From NCBI GenBank assembly GCA_039091335.1, contig JAWCME010000003.1, forward strand, positions 1 to 38,295: a stretch of DNA of 38,295 nucleotides. Reading direction: 5' to 3'. The notes below the pieces were generated by a model. It had not been told where the DNA came from, did no database searches, and worked only from the letters and a program-made list of their open reading frames with translations. This document shows positions 26,386 through 36,205 of this stretch, in pieces (within the stretch, counting starts at the first letter, position 1; the number at the start of each line of letters is the position of its first letter). Made by a program: the position numbers and the translations under genes. Source of the DNA: Candidatus Aenigmatarchaeota archaeon (lineage in GTDB: Archaea > Aenigmatarchaeota > Aenigmatarchaeia > CG10238-14 > SCSR01).

Positions 26386-26468
26386 GGGCTCGTAGTCTAA
26401 TGGCAAAGACGCTGTCTTCGCAACTTTGGAAAAGACAGAGACTCCGGGTTCGAATCCCGGCGAGTCCA
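26386..26468 (+). tRNA. tRNA-Ala(CGC) with 10-nt canonical 37/38 intron (26423-26432)
   Basis: G3:U70 pair (GGGCTCG/CGAGTCC); CTGTC-TTCGCA^A-GACAG; BHB helix UUCG/UGGA. Confidence 0.95.
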
Positions 26469-26581
26469 TCCATTAACTTCATAATAATTCTAAAGAAAGT
26501 TTTTTGAGCAACCAAAACTCGAAAAACTATATGTTTTTCGTTAAATATTTTTTATTTTATTTTTTATTAATTTTAAGTAAA

Positions 26582-27862
26582 ATGATAATGAAAAACATTG
26601 AAAAAATTATTGAAAGAGAGAAAAACGGGTTTGTTTATCCACTCTATGAAAGCTTTTGCATATCTAGCATTCCATCCACAATTTTAAATTTTTTTAACAT
26701 TAATACAAAAAGACCTATTTTGCCTATGGAAATTTATAAAAATATAGAGATAGAAAATTCTTCTAAAATCGTGCTTTTATTGATTGATGGACTAAGTTAT
26801 AATGATTGGATAAAAAATTATGAAAAATTCACCTTTTTCAATCTTCTCACTAAAAAAGGAGCAGTTGCACCAATAACTTCTGTGTTTCCTTCAACAACAG
26901 CATCAGCTCTTACCACAATAAACACAGGACTAACACCACAAGAGCACGCATTGTTTGAGTGGGTCATGTATTTTAAAGAAATTGATATGGTAATTAATAC
27001 TCTTCCTTTTACACCAATAGATAAAAAAGGTCAGGACAAACTATTAGAGATTGGGGTAAGCCCAAAAATTTTATATAAAGGAAACACAATCTATCAAACT
27101 CTTAAAAAAAATGGTATTAAATCATTTAGTTTTATTAACGAATCTTATGCTTATAGCGCCTATTCCAAACTGATGCATAAAGGAAGTACCATCATTCCTT
27201 TCATAAATTCTTCTGATTTGGTTGTTAGGTTAAGAAAGTTTATTGAAGAGGAAGACGGTTATTTTCATGTTTATTTTGATGTTATCGATGCAATTGAACA
27301 CAAGTACGGCCCAAAAACAGAGGAGCTACGTGCCGAACTTTCTGTGCTTTCCTTTCTTTTAAAAAATGAGTTATTGAAAAAAATAGACAGAAAGGTTGCA
27401 AGTGAAACGTTGTTTTTAATAGTTTCTGACCATGGGCAGATAAACATTTCACCAAAAGAAACAATTTACCTCAACAAATATAAAAAGTTGATAAAGTCTT
27501 TTCAAAGCGATAAGAAAAATAGACCAATTCCACCAATAGGAAGCCCACGCGACGTTTTTCTTCATATTAAGCAAAATTGTTTGGAGGAAATTCATGCTTT
27601 TGTTTCAGAGAAATTAAAAGAAATTGCTAAGGTGGTTAAGACCAGAGATGCGATAAAAGTGGGGATGTTTGGTATTGGAAAACCAGTAAAAATTTTTTAT
27701 GAAAGAGTAGGAGATCTACTAATTTTACCTTATAAAAATCATACTGTTTGGTATCAACATGTAAAAGGAAAAAAGACAGAATTACTTGGACATCATGGAG
27801 GATTAAGCAATGATGAAATTTTGGTTCCATTTGCGATTTCAAAACTTTCTAGTTTGATTTAA
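26582..27862 (+). CDS. Alkaline phosphatase superfamily (type I phosphodiesterase / nucleotide pyrophosphatase)
   Basis: LLIDGL, FPSTTASA, DAIEHKYGP, VSDHGQ, GHHGG. Confidence 0.9.
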   Translation: MIMKNIEKIIEREKNGFVYPLYESFCISSIPSTILNFFNINTKRPILPMEIYKNIEIENSSKIVLLLIDGLSYNDWIKNYEKFTFFNLLTKKGAVAPITSVFPSTTASALTTINTGLTPQEHALFEWVMYFKEIDMVINTLPFTPIDKKGQDKLLEIGVSPKILYKGNTIYQTLKKNGIKSFSFINESYAYSAYSKLMHKGSTIIPFINSSDLVVRLRKFIEEEDGYFHVYFDVIDAIEHKYGPKTEELRAELSVLSFLLKNELLKKIDRKVASETLFLIVSDHGQINISPKETIYLNKYKKLIKSFQSDKKNRPIPPIGSPRDVFLHIKQNCLEEIHAFVSEKLKEIAKVVKTRDAIKVGMFGIGKPVKIFYERVGDLLILPYKNHTVWYQHVKGKKTELLGHHGGLSNDEILVPFAISKLSSLI

Positions 27863-27865
27863 TTA

Positions 27866-28291
27866 TTAACCTTTTACCAAATTTATTGTTAATGAAGAAT
27901 TTGAAACCTTTTCATTTTCAACAAAAACCTCGGCATATAGCTCATAAGGTCCAGGAAAAACACCACCACACCCAGAGGTGCAAAAAGGGGTTTTTGTTGT
28001 AAAAGCTATTTTATTTTCTCCAACCATCAAGTTAACTGTTTTTGATAAATCAACATATGCATAATTCCGTGGCTTAATTCCCCAAATTTTTATTGAAACG
28101 TTTTCCAAGTTTTTTGATGCTTTCAATACCAAAAAAATTTTCATTTCTTCATAGGATGTGTAGGTAGTTTTATCTGTGGTGAAATTCAAAATTTCAATTT
28201 CTTTGTTTGTTTTAAAGTTTGAATTCAAAAGAAAAATAAAAACGGTTAAAAGCAAAGTAAAAAATAGGATTTTAATCGGGTTATTTAGCAT
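27866..28291 (-). CDS. Secreted or membrane-anchored hypothetical protein
   Basis: N-terminal hydrophobic anchor; TDKTTY, beta-rich pattern, CTSGC. Confidence 0.65.
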   Translation of the reverse strand: MLNNPIKILFFTLLLTVFIFLLNSNFKTNKEIEILNFTTDKTTYTSYEEMKIFLVLKASKNLENVSIKIWGIKPRNYAYVDLSKTVNLMVGENKIAFTTKTPFCTSGCGGVFPGPYELYAEVFVENEKVSNSSLTINLVKG

Positions 28292-28303
28292 ATTATTATA
28301 TTT

Positions 28304-29056
28304 TTAAAAAAGATGTACAAATTTTTTTCCATCAAACTTTTCTTTTAAATCCTTTCCAATCTTTTCATAATATTTTTTTACCTCCTCAGAAAGCCAAGTC
28401 TTCTCTACCATTTTCTCAAGCCCGGGTTTATAGTTAAACTTATCAAAGTATATTCTATCTGAAAAGCTTACCATATCGACGATTTCAGCAATTTTTTCAA
28501 TTGGAGTAAATGGCAATATCGGACCTATAAACGCAAACGTTTTTATTCCTTCTTCATGAAATCTTCTTAGAACATTTATTCTTTCTATAGAAGGAGAAGC
28601 TAACGGCTCTATTTTTTTTCTAATTTTTTCATCAAGAGTAACTATTGTAAATCCTATTTGGGAATTCTCAAATTCTTTTATTAAATCAAAATCTCTTAAA
28701 ATAAGAGTTGATTTTGTTTGTATTATCAGGGGATAATTGTGCTTTAACAACAACTCTAAAATCTTTCTTGTCATGCTATATTTTTTTTCAATTGGTTGAT
28801 ATGAATCTGTTAATGAGGAGAGATAAACAATCCCTCTGTCCTTCTTTAAAATTTCTTTTTTAAGTAAGTTAATAGCATTGTATTTAATTAAAACATAACT
28901 TCCCCATCTTTCGTCAATTCCATAAATTTTTCTTGTGTAGTAGTATGCATAGCAGTAATTACAGGCGTGCAAACAACCTATATATGGGTTAATACAATAA
29001 TCTCCTATAAAACTCTTATTAAGTATGGACTTTGCAAGAATTTCTCTCACTTTCAT
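28304..29056 (-). CDS. Radical SAM protein (SPL-like DNA-repair type)
   Basis: INPYIGCLHACNYCYA (CxxxCxxC), TDSYQPIE, IQTKS. Confidence 0.9.
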   Translation of the reverse strand: MKVREILAKSILNKSFIGDYCINPYIGCLHACNYCYAYYYTRKIYGIDERWGSYVLIKYNAINLLKKEILKKDRGIVYLSSLTDSYQPIEKKYSMTRKILELLLKHNYPLIIQTKSTLILRDFDLIKEFENSQIGFTIVTLDEKIRKKIEPLASPSIERINVLRRFHEEGIKTFAFIGPILPFTPIEKIAEIVDMVSFSDRIYFDKFNYKPGLEKMVEKTWLSEEVKKYYEKIGKDLKEKFDGKKFVHLF

Positions 29057-29093
29057 AATTATAGTTAATTTTTAAATACATGAAATATTCTTT

Positions 29094-30308
29094 ATGAAGG
29101 AGTTAAAAGTATTGACAAAAAATTTTAAGACAAAAAAAATTATAGCAAAAGAGATAAACGAACTTCTTCTCAAAAAAACAAAGAACATTTTTTTGTCTAT
29201 AAAAAACAATCAAATTTGTGGCTCAAGCCCACCAGAAATTTTTGTAGGTAGGATTGGATATCCAAATGTTTTTATAGGGCCAATAGTTCCGCCTTTGACT
29301 GAAAAAACTGAGAATTTTGCTTTTGTTGAGGGATGGTATGGTAAAAGTCTGTGGGAAATTGTTGAGATGAGATTGCAAATGCTTAGGGGAAAAAAGAGAC
29401 TAAGGGTTTTTCAAGTAAATGAAAGGTATGCATTAAAACTCAAGGAGATGTTGCTTTCAAGAAATTCTGTTTATTCTGAACTTAAATTAAAATCATTTCC
29501 TTCAGGTTTTTCTTTTTCCGAGTATCATCAACCTTTTGGCCCATCTGCAATTTTAGAAGATTTTTTTGCCTCTCCTTCAAGAACAGAATTTAAATTAGAA
29601 AAGGTTTTTTATGATACTGATTTTAAAGCAAGCGATGCAATGTTTTGGCTTTACGAAAAGGAATTACCTGTTTCAAAGATCCAACAGGCAATGAGTGCAG
29701 GAATGTTTGGTTTGGAAAGGGATAGGAAGTTTGTTCCAACAAGATGGAGTATAACTGCTGTAGACGATACATTATCAAAAAAAATGATTGAAAAAATAAG
29801 GTATTATCCTGTGATAGAAGAGTATAGGGTTTATTCTGGAGAGTATATGAAAAATAAATGGGTAATAATATTGATACCAAGACCTTGGAGCTATGAATTT
29901 ATAGAAGCCTGGTTTCCAGGAACGATAAACGAAAATCTTGCTATTGGTGGTGATTATGAACTTTTTAAAGGAAAAAAAGAGTACGCAAAGATTGGAGGTT
30001 GCTATTACGCCTCTAGGTTTAGTACAACAGAATTTCTTGAAAGGGAAAAAATACAAGCTACAGTAATTGTTTTAAGGGAAGTTTATAAGGGGTATTTGCC
30101 TCTGGGGGTTTGGTTGACAAGAGAAAGTGTAAGGAACATACTCAAAACAAAGCCGTTTTGTTTTGATAGTTTTGACAAAACAATAAATTTTGTAGGAAAA
30201 TCCTTATACTTGCCTATTAAAGTTTGGGTTGAAAATTCAAATTTGTTTAAGAGTTTGTATACGCAAAAAAGCATTTTTAATTTTCTGAATAAATTTTGTG
30301 AAATCTAA
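29094..30308 (+). CDS. nre: Nre-family DNA repair protein
   Basis: GSSPPEIFVGRIGYP, VPTRWSITAVD, GGCYYA, LGVWLTRE, C-terminal PIP-box-like QKSIFNF. Confidence 0.9.
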   Translation: MKELKVLTKNFKTKKIIAKEINELLLKKTKNIFLSIKNNQICGSSPPEIFVGRIGYPNVFIGPIVPPLTEKTENFAFVEGWYGKSLWEIVEMRLQMLRGKKRLRVFQVNERYALKLKEMLLSRNSVYSELKLKSFPSGFSFSEYHQPFGPSAILEDFFASPSRTEFKLEKVFYDTDFKASDAMFWLYEKELPVSKIQQAMSAGMFGLERDRKFVPTRWSITAVDDTLSKKMIEKIRYYPVIEEYRVYSGEYMKNKWVIILIPRPWSYEFIEAWFPGTINENLAIGGDYELFKGKKEYAKIGGCYYASRFSTTEFLEREKIQATVIVLREVYKGYLPLGVWLTRESVRNILKTKPFCFDSFDKTINFVGKSLYLPIKVWVENSNLFKSLYTQKSIFNFLNKFCEI

Positions 30309-30759
30309 AACCAAATTCATTTGTGTCTATTTTTTTGGGGACTATAAATCCAATTTCTTCTTTTACTTCATCAAAAAAGTCAAGGTATTCCCCCAGCTCA
30401 ACTTTTTTCGGATATTCAGAAATTAGGGTTTTAAAATTTTTAGTAAAATCATAATTAGATTTTTTGTCATAAATTTTTACTGAGATTACCTCTGACATTG
30501 GAAAAATCTCATTTATTTTATCGTAGGAATATACTATAATGTTGTGGATACGTATTTTAAAAGAAAAGAAAGTCTTATGTTGGTCCTCGTAGAGAAGTAA
30601 AAGATGATTCGGCTCTATTAAAACATATTTTAATTCGTATCCAAATGATTCTATAAAATTGGAAGCGCTCTCTGGAAAAAGTAGTATGTCATTTTTCTCC
30701 TTATCGTACAGATATAATATCCAATCCTTGTCCAAGAATATTTCTCGAAATTCGTTCAT
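30277..30759 (-). CDS. Hypothetical protein
   Basis: 160-codon ORF; no motif recognised. Confidence 0.55.
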   Translation of the reverse strand: MNEFREIFLDKDWILYLYDKEKNDILLFPESASNFIESFGYELKYVLIEPNHLLLLYEDQHKTFFSFKIRIHNIIVYSYDKINEIFPMSEVISVKIYDKKSNYDFTKNFKTLISEYPKKVELGEYLDFFDEVKEEIGFIVPKKIDTNEFGFRFHKIYSEN

Positions 30760-30835
30760 AATTTAAGTTTGTTTAAAAAATTTAAGTTTTTAAGATAAAA
30801 ATTTGAAAATTAAATTTAATAAAATAAAGGATTAA

Positions 30836-31069
30836 ATGGTAGGAAAAAAAGAAATAAGAAAAGTTTTGGAAGAAGTAATAGACCCTGAAACAGGTGTTAG
30901 TATTGTTAAAATGGGAATGGTAAAGGGCATTAAAATTAAGGGCAAAGAAGTAAACATAGAATTTTCTCCCACCACCCCATTCTGTCCAATGATAGGGTAT
31001 TTGGTAAAAGAGATAGAGAGAGTTGTTAGAAAATTGGGGATAGACGCAAAGGTTGAGATAAAAATATAA
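30836..31069 (+). CDS. DUF59/MIP18/SufT-like Fe-S assembly protein
   Basis: VIDPETGVSIVKMGMV, PTTPFCP. Confidence 0.9.
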   Translation: MVGKKEIRKVLEEVIDPETGVSIVKMGMVKGIKIKGKEVNIEFSPTTPFCPMIGYLVKEIERVVRKLGIDAKVEIKI

Positions 31070-31102
31070 AAGTTTAAATTTTTTTCAGTTTTTTCTTACT
31101 AT

Positions 31103-31363
31103 ATGTGGGTGAGAATAAGTACAAGAACAAAAAAAATTCTGTTTGAAAATATTAACAACTATACTACTTTAACGAGTGAAATTTATTCAATAAAAGAAGT
31201 AGAAAAAAATCAGTTAATAAATAAAATAGAAAAAATTATAAGAGGGTACAATTCTTCTATTTTGAAAAAATATGAAGTGATGTTAAGAGAGAGTGAAAGC
31301 CATGATGGTAGTTTGTTTTACTGTTTTTTCCTGAGAAAATCTAAAAGACTAAAACTTCATTAG
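31103..31363 (+). CDS. Hypothetical protein
   Basis: 86-codon ORF filling the gap; weak support. Confidence 0.4.
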   Translation: MWVRISTRTKKILFENINNYTTLTSEIYSIKEVEKNQLINKIEKIIRGYNSSILKKYEVMLRESESHDGSLFYCFFLRKSKRLKLH

Positions 31364-31696
31364 GCTTTCAACTAGCTTTCTTGTAGCTTCCTTTTCTTCT
31401 TCCCTTTCTGGTCTTATTATTTGTGTTATGAATTTCTCTATTGTTCTTTTCTTTTCTGCCTCTCCGATCGCAACTATCGATTTGAATGGTTCTTCTATTT
31501 TTCTCAACAGGCTTGTCATTTCTTTAATTTCTTTATTCATTTCTGCTATGGCGCACCAAAGTTGTGCAACCTTTACATCATCAGCTTTCATATAAGCGCA
31601 TTTATGCTTTCTAATTTTCTCGAATATATTTGCTAGTATGTTTCTTGTCTCTTCTTCCAAACACTCTTTCCAATCTTCTTTTTCCATTTTCACCAC
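31349..31696 (-). CDS. Hypothetical helical protein
   Basis: 115-codon ORF with charged helical pattern. Confidence 0.65.
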   Translation of the reverse strand: MVKMEKEDWKECLEEETRNILANIFEKIRKHKCAYMKADDVKVAQLWCAIAEMNKEIKEMTSLLRKIEEPFKSIVAIGEAEKKRTIEKFITQIIRPEREEEKEATRKLVESLMKF

Positions 31697-31783
31697 TACT
31701 AAGTATTAAACAATTAAATTTAAATTCTTATCGCTTAATTTAATACAAACTGTTTTCTAATTATTTTGATAATTAAATAATAT

Positions 31784-32500
31784 ATGATTATTGCTGCTAC
31801 TGGAGATGTTCATTCACCAAAATATTATAATGAATTTTTAAATGCAATAGAGAAACTTGGCGTAAATCCAGACCTATTTCTTATGGTTGGAGATATGATA
31901 GATAGAGGGATTATCAAAGAATTTGAAAAAATTTACAATACATTGTTTGGGAAGATAAATTGCCCTATAGTTTCTTGTTTCGGTAACAACGAATATCCAG
32001 AAATAAGGGAGAGGATTAAGGAAGAATATAAAGATATAAGGTTTTTGGACGATGAAACAGTAACACTAACGATCTCTGGTGTTAACATAGGAATAATAGG
32101 AACAACAGGAAGCTTAGATACTCCAACGCCGTGGCAAAAAAAGAATGTCCCTGACATAGAAATTTTGTTTAAGAATAGATTAAATTTTGTGGATGAAAAC
32201 CTAGAAAAGCTTGTTTCAGAGCTAAGGTTTGTAATACTCTTAATACATTATTCTCCGACTTATAAAACGCTTGAAGGTGAGAACCCAATGTTCTATTCCT
32301 CCCTTGGAAGTAAAGCATATGAAGAAATAATCATTAAAAGAAAACCATGGTTAGTTGTTCATGGTCATTCGCATAGGGGTAGTAGACATGCTTGGATAGA
32401 CACAATCCCTATATTTAACGCATCCTTTCCCTTAAACAGAGAAATATTAATAATCGACACCGAGAAGGACCTAAAACCAGGAATAACAAAGTTTATTTGA
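31784..32500 (+). CDS. Metallophosphoesterase (calcineurin-like)
   Basis: GDVH, GDMID, GNNE, HYSP, HGHSH. Confidence 0.92.
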   Translation: MIIAATGDVHSPKYYNEFLNAIEKLGVNPDLFLMVGDMIDRGIIKEFEKIYNTLFGKINCPIVSCFGNNEYPEIRERIKEEYKDIRFLDDETVTLTISGVNIGIIGTTGSLDTPTPWQKKNVPDIEILFKNRLNFVDENLEKLVSELRFVILLIHYSPTYKTLEGENPMFYSSLGSKAYEEIIIKRKPWLVVHGHSHRGSRHAWIDTIPIFNASFPLNREILIIDTEKDLKPGITKFI

Positions 32501-32531
32501 TTTTTTATAATTTAAATAAAAAGGAAAAGAT

Positions 32532-34871
32532 ATGAAACCAAAAATAAAGGAGAAAAATTGGAACCCAATCATAGAAAAAGTTCTATTCAAGAAATGGCAA
32601 AAAGAAAAATTGTTTAAGTTTAAAAAAAACAAAAAGCTTTATAGTATAGATACGCCCCCTCCATATGTTAACACTCCAATTCACATAGGGCATGCTTATA
32701 CTTATTCTTGGATTGACATGTTTGCAAGGTTTAAGAGAATGTGTGGATTTAACGTTCTCTTCCCAATCGGGCTTGATAAGAATGGTCTCCCCATAGAAGT
32801 TCAGGTTGAAAAAGAGTTTGGAATGCCAATGCATAAAACCCCAAGAGAAGAGTTTATTAGAAGATGTAAACTACTTTTGAAAAAGTATGGTGATATTTCA
32901 TTAGAAACTTTCAAAAGACTTGGACTAAGCTGCAATTCTTGGGAGATTTCTTATAAACTTGGGGGGAGGTATGATACCGATAACCCAGAGTATAGAAGGT
33001 TGACACAAGAAACTTTTATTCATCTTTGGAAAAATGGACTTATTTATGAAGACTTTAGACCAACAAACTATTGTACTGTTTGTAGAACTGCAATATCGGA
33101 CGCTGAAGTAGAGTATAAGGAAAGAGAAAGAGAGCTTGTATACGTAAAATTTAAAATAAAAGAAAATGGAAAGGAAGTTGTGATTGCAACCACAAGACCA
33201 GAATTACTTTGTTCGTGCAGAATAGTTATTTTTAATCCTGAAGATAAAAGATACGAAGATCTTAATGGTAAACATGCGATAGTTCCTATTTATGGGCATG
33301 AGGTTAGAATAATTCCACACCCGTATGCAAAGCAAGATTTTGGCTCAGGGCTGGTTATGATATGTTCTTTTGGGGATTATACCGACATAAGACTTTTAAG
33401 GGAGCTTGGGATAGAACCAATTTATAGCATAGACGAAGAAGGAAAAATGAATGAAAATGCTGGAAATTATGTTGGGTTGAGTGTTGAAGAGGCGAGAAAA
33501 AAAATAGTCTCGGATTTGAGTAAATTGGGGCTTATAGAAAAAATCGAAAAAATAGTTCATAGAGAGCCGATATGCTGGAGGTCCAAGAATCCCATAGAAT
33601 TTATAGGACTTAAGGAGTTTTATTTGAAGCAGGTTGAGTTTAAGGAGAAGATCTTTGAGATAGCAAACAACATTAAATTTTTTGCACCTGAGAGTAGACA
33701 AATACTTATAGATTGGATAAACTCAATAAATGTAGACTGGGTCTTATCAAGAAGAAGATATTATGGAACAGAGATTCCAATTTGGTATTGTAAAGTTTGT
33801 TCTTACCAATATGTACCAAATCCTGGAAAATATTACATACCTTGGAAGGAGAAATGCCCTATTAAAAAATGTCCAAGGTGTGGAAGTAGAACATTCGTTG
33901 GAGAAACAAGAACGTTTGATACATGGTTTGATTCTTCAAACTCAGAATTATATATATTGGGTTATCTGTGGGATAAAAAATTCTTTATGAAAAATTTTCC
34001 TTGCACCATTCGACCGCAGGGAAAAGAGATTGTTCCAAGTTGGTTATATTACACCCTACTGAAATCTTTCCATCTATTTAAGAAAAAACCTTTTGAGGTT
34101 GTTTGGCTTCATCATCATGTGGTTGATGAAAAAGGGGAAAAGATGAGTAAGAGTCTTGGAAATGTCATAGACCCAAATGAAGTTATTAAAAAATATGGAG
34201 CAGAAGCATTTAGAATATGGAGTTGTTTGGAAGGAGATATAACAAGGGGAGACATAAAATGCTCTTTTCAAAGAATAGAAGGGGCTTCAAAATTCTTGAC
34301 AAAACTTTGGAACATTTCACGTTTTATATCATCTTTTCCAATTCCAAAGAAAGCGAAGCTTATTGAAACTGATAAATGGATCTTAGCAGAACTTTCAAAT
34401 TTAATAGAACAAGTAAGGAATATGTACGAAGAATATAGGATGAGTGATGCTGCAATTCTAATTAGAAATTTCTCCTGGAATGTTTTTGCATCTCATTACA
34501 TTGAGCTTGTGAAAAAAAGAGCATATGGGAAGGGGTTTTCAAAAAATGAAATGATTTCATCCTGGTTCACTTTGCATACTTGCCTTAAATCAATACTTCT
34601 TTTGCTTGCTCCAATCATCCCATTTCTCACTGACTATATTTGGAGAAAAATGTACAGCAAAAAAAGCATTCATATAGAGCAATTTCCAAAACCAAAATGG
34701 AAATCAAAATTGATTGGGTTAACACCAAAGATAATAGAGTTCAATTCCATTGTTTGGAGTAGGAAAAAGGAAATGGGAATTAGTCTAAAAGAAGGAATAG
34801 AAATAGAAATACCAAAAGAACTAAAAAAAATTAAGAAAGATTTGGTTGCCATGCATAATATTAAAGATTAG
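32532..34871 (+). CDS. valS: Valine--tRNA ligase
   Basis: DTPPPY, HIGH, ATTRPE, DWVLSRRRYYG, DTWFDSS, KMSKS. Confidence 0.95.
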   Translation: MKPKIKEKNWNPIIEKVLFKKWQKEKLFKFKKNKKLYSIDTPPPYVNTPIHIGHAYTYSWIDMFARFKRMCGFNVLFPIGLDKNGLPIEVQVEKEFGMPMHKTPREEFIRRCKLLLKKYGDISLETFKRLGLSCNSWEISYKLGGRYDTDNPEYRRLTQETFIHLWKNGLIYEDFRPTNYCTVCRTAISDAEVEYKERERELVYVKFKIKENGKEVVIATTRPELLCSCRIVIFNPEDKRYEDLNGKHAIVPIYGHEVRIIPHPYAKQDFGSGLVMICSFGDYTDIRLLRELGIEPIYSIDEEGKMNENAGNYVGLSVEEARKKIVSDLSKLGLIEKIEKIVHREPICWRSKNPIEFIGLKEFYLKQVEFKEKIFEIANNIKFFAPESRQILIDWINSINVDWVLSRRRYYGTEIPIWYCKVCSYQYVPNPGKYYIPWKEKCPIKKCPRCGSRTFVGETRTFDTWFDSSNSELYILGYLWDKKFFMKNFPCTIRPQGKEIVPSWLYYTLLKSFHLFKKKPFEVVWLHHHVVDEKGEKMSKSLGNVIDPNEVIKKYGAEAFRIWSCLEGDITRGDIKCSFQRIEGASKFLTKLWNISRFISSFPIPKKAKLIETDKWILAELSNLIEQVRNMYEEYRMSDAAILIRNFSWNVFASHYIELVKKRAYGKGFSKNEMISSWFTLHTCLKSILLLLAPIIPFLTDYIWRKMYSKKSIHIEQFPKPKWKSKLIGLTPKIIEFNSIVWSRKKEMGISLKEGIEIEIPKELKKIKKDLVAMHNIKD

Positions 34872-34976
34872 ATTTTGTTTGTTCTTTCTGCAATTTTATC
34901 TGTTTTCAAAATTCTTTAAGGATTAATTTAAAAATATCAATATAAGATTAAAGAAATTTGAATTTAGAAAGATAGC

Positions 34977-36182
34977 ATGGAAGAAGAAAAAACATTAAAA
35001 TTGAAAAAATTGATTAAAGAGCTAGAATCAATAAGAGGAAGACATACTGAGCTAGTTAGCGTATACATACCTTCTGGTTTTAATTTAGCCGAAACACTAA
35101 ACATGCTTAGGGAAGAATATACCCTTGCTCAAAATGTTAAAGATAAAACTGTTAGAAAAAATGTAATGTCTGCTTTAGATAAAATAATTCAGCATTTAAG
35201 GTTTTTTAGAAGTACCCCTGAGAACGGGCTTGTTGTTTTTTGCGGAAATGTTTCGAGCGATTTAGGAAAAACAGAAATAAAATTATGGAGCATCATACCT
35301 CCTGAAAAAATTACAGCCAAAATATATCGTTGCGACCAAAAATTTATCCTTGACCCAATAAAAGAGTTGATAAGGGAAAAGGAAATTTACGGTTTAATAG
35401 TATTAGACGCAAGAGAAGCTAATATTGGATTACTAAAGGGAAAGAGAATAGATAGCCTCAAGCATTTGGAATCAACTGTTCCCTCAAAAACAGTAAAGGG
35501 GGGGATGAGTAGCGGAAGGTATGATAGGTTAAGGGAAGAAGCTATTCATGAATTTTTAAAGGAAGTTGGAGAGAAGGCGTCTGAAATATTATTGAAAGAA
35601 AATAATTTGACTGGGATAATAGTTGGTGGGCCAGGGCCATTAAAAGAAAGATTTGTAAAAGAAGATTATCTTCATCCTGATTTGAAGAAAAGAGTGCTTG
35701 GAACAAAAGACACAAGCTATACGGGAGATTATGGTCTAGAAGAGCTTGTAAAAAAATCTGAAGAAATTTTAGAAAATACTAGTGTTGTTAGAGAAAGGGT
35801 TGTTTTAGAAAGATTTTTCTCGGAATTGCAAAGAGGTGGAAATGTAACTTATGGTTTTGAAGAAACTTTGAATGCTCTAGAGATGGGGGCTGTTGAAAAA
35901 ATTTTAATTTCCGAGAATTTTGATTGGTATACAGTTAAGTTAAGGTGCGAGTGTGGAAATGTTTTGGAAAAAAACCTGCCAAAAGAAAAAATTGATTCTC
36001 AGGTTTGTAACAAGTGTGGAAAGATTATGATGGTAGAGGAAAAAGAAGAGATGATGGAAATGATAATAGAAAAGGCAAAAAGCGTTGGTAGTGAAGTTGA
36101 ATTTATATCAATTGATACAGGAGAAGGAATGCAATTCAAGGAATTGGGTGGAATTGGTGCTTTTCTAAGATATAGAATTTAA
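34977..36182 (+). CDS. prf1: Peptide chain release factor aRF1 (GGQ replaced by GGM)
   Basis: GRHTELVSVYIP, YRCDQKF, GGPGPLK, zinc-ribbon insert CECG/CNKCG, GGIGAFLRY. Confidence 0.93.
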   Translation: MEEEKTLKLKKLIKELESIRGRHTELVSVYIPSGFNLAETLNMLREEYTLAQNVKDKTVRKNVMSALDKIIQHLRFFRSTPENGLVVFCGNVSSDLGKTEIKLWSIIPPEKITAKIYRCDQKFILDPIKELIREKEIYGLIVLDAREANIGLLKGKRIDSLKHLESTVPSKTVKGGMSSGRYDRLREEAIHEFLKEVGEKASEILLKENNLTGIIVGGPGPLKERFVKEDYLHPDLKKRVLGTKDTSYTGDYGLEELVKKSEEILENTSVVRERVVLERFFSELQRGGNVTYGFEETLNALEMGAVEKILISENFDWYTVKLRCECGNVLEKNLPKEKIDSQVCNKCGKIMMVEEKEEMMEMIIEKAKSVGSEVEFISIDTGEGMQFKELGGIGAFLRYRI

Positions 36183-36205
36183 ATTTTTCTCTCAAAAAAA
36201 ATTTT

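Noticed and set aside
34977..36182. Stop-codon reassignment suggested by altered aRF1 motifs
   Set aside because: TAA, TAG and TGA each end conserved genes at expected positions (e.g. thiI TAA, valS TAG, smc TGA)
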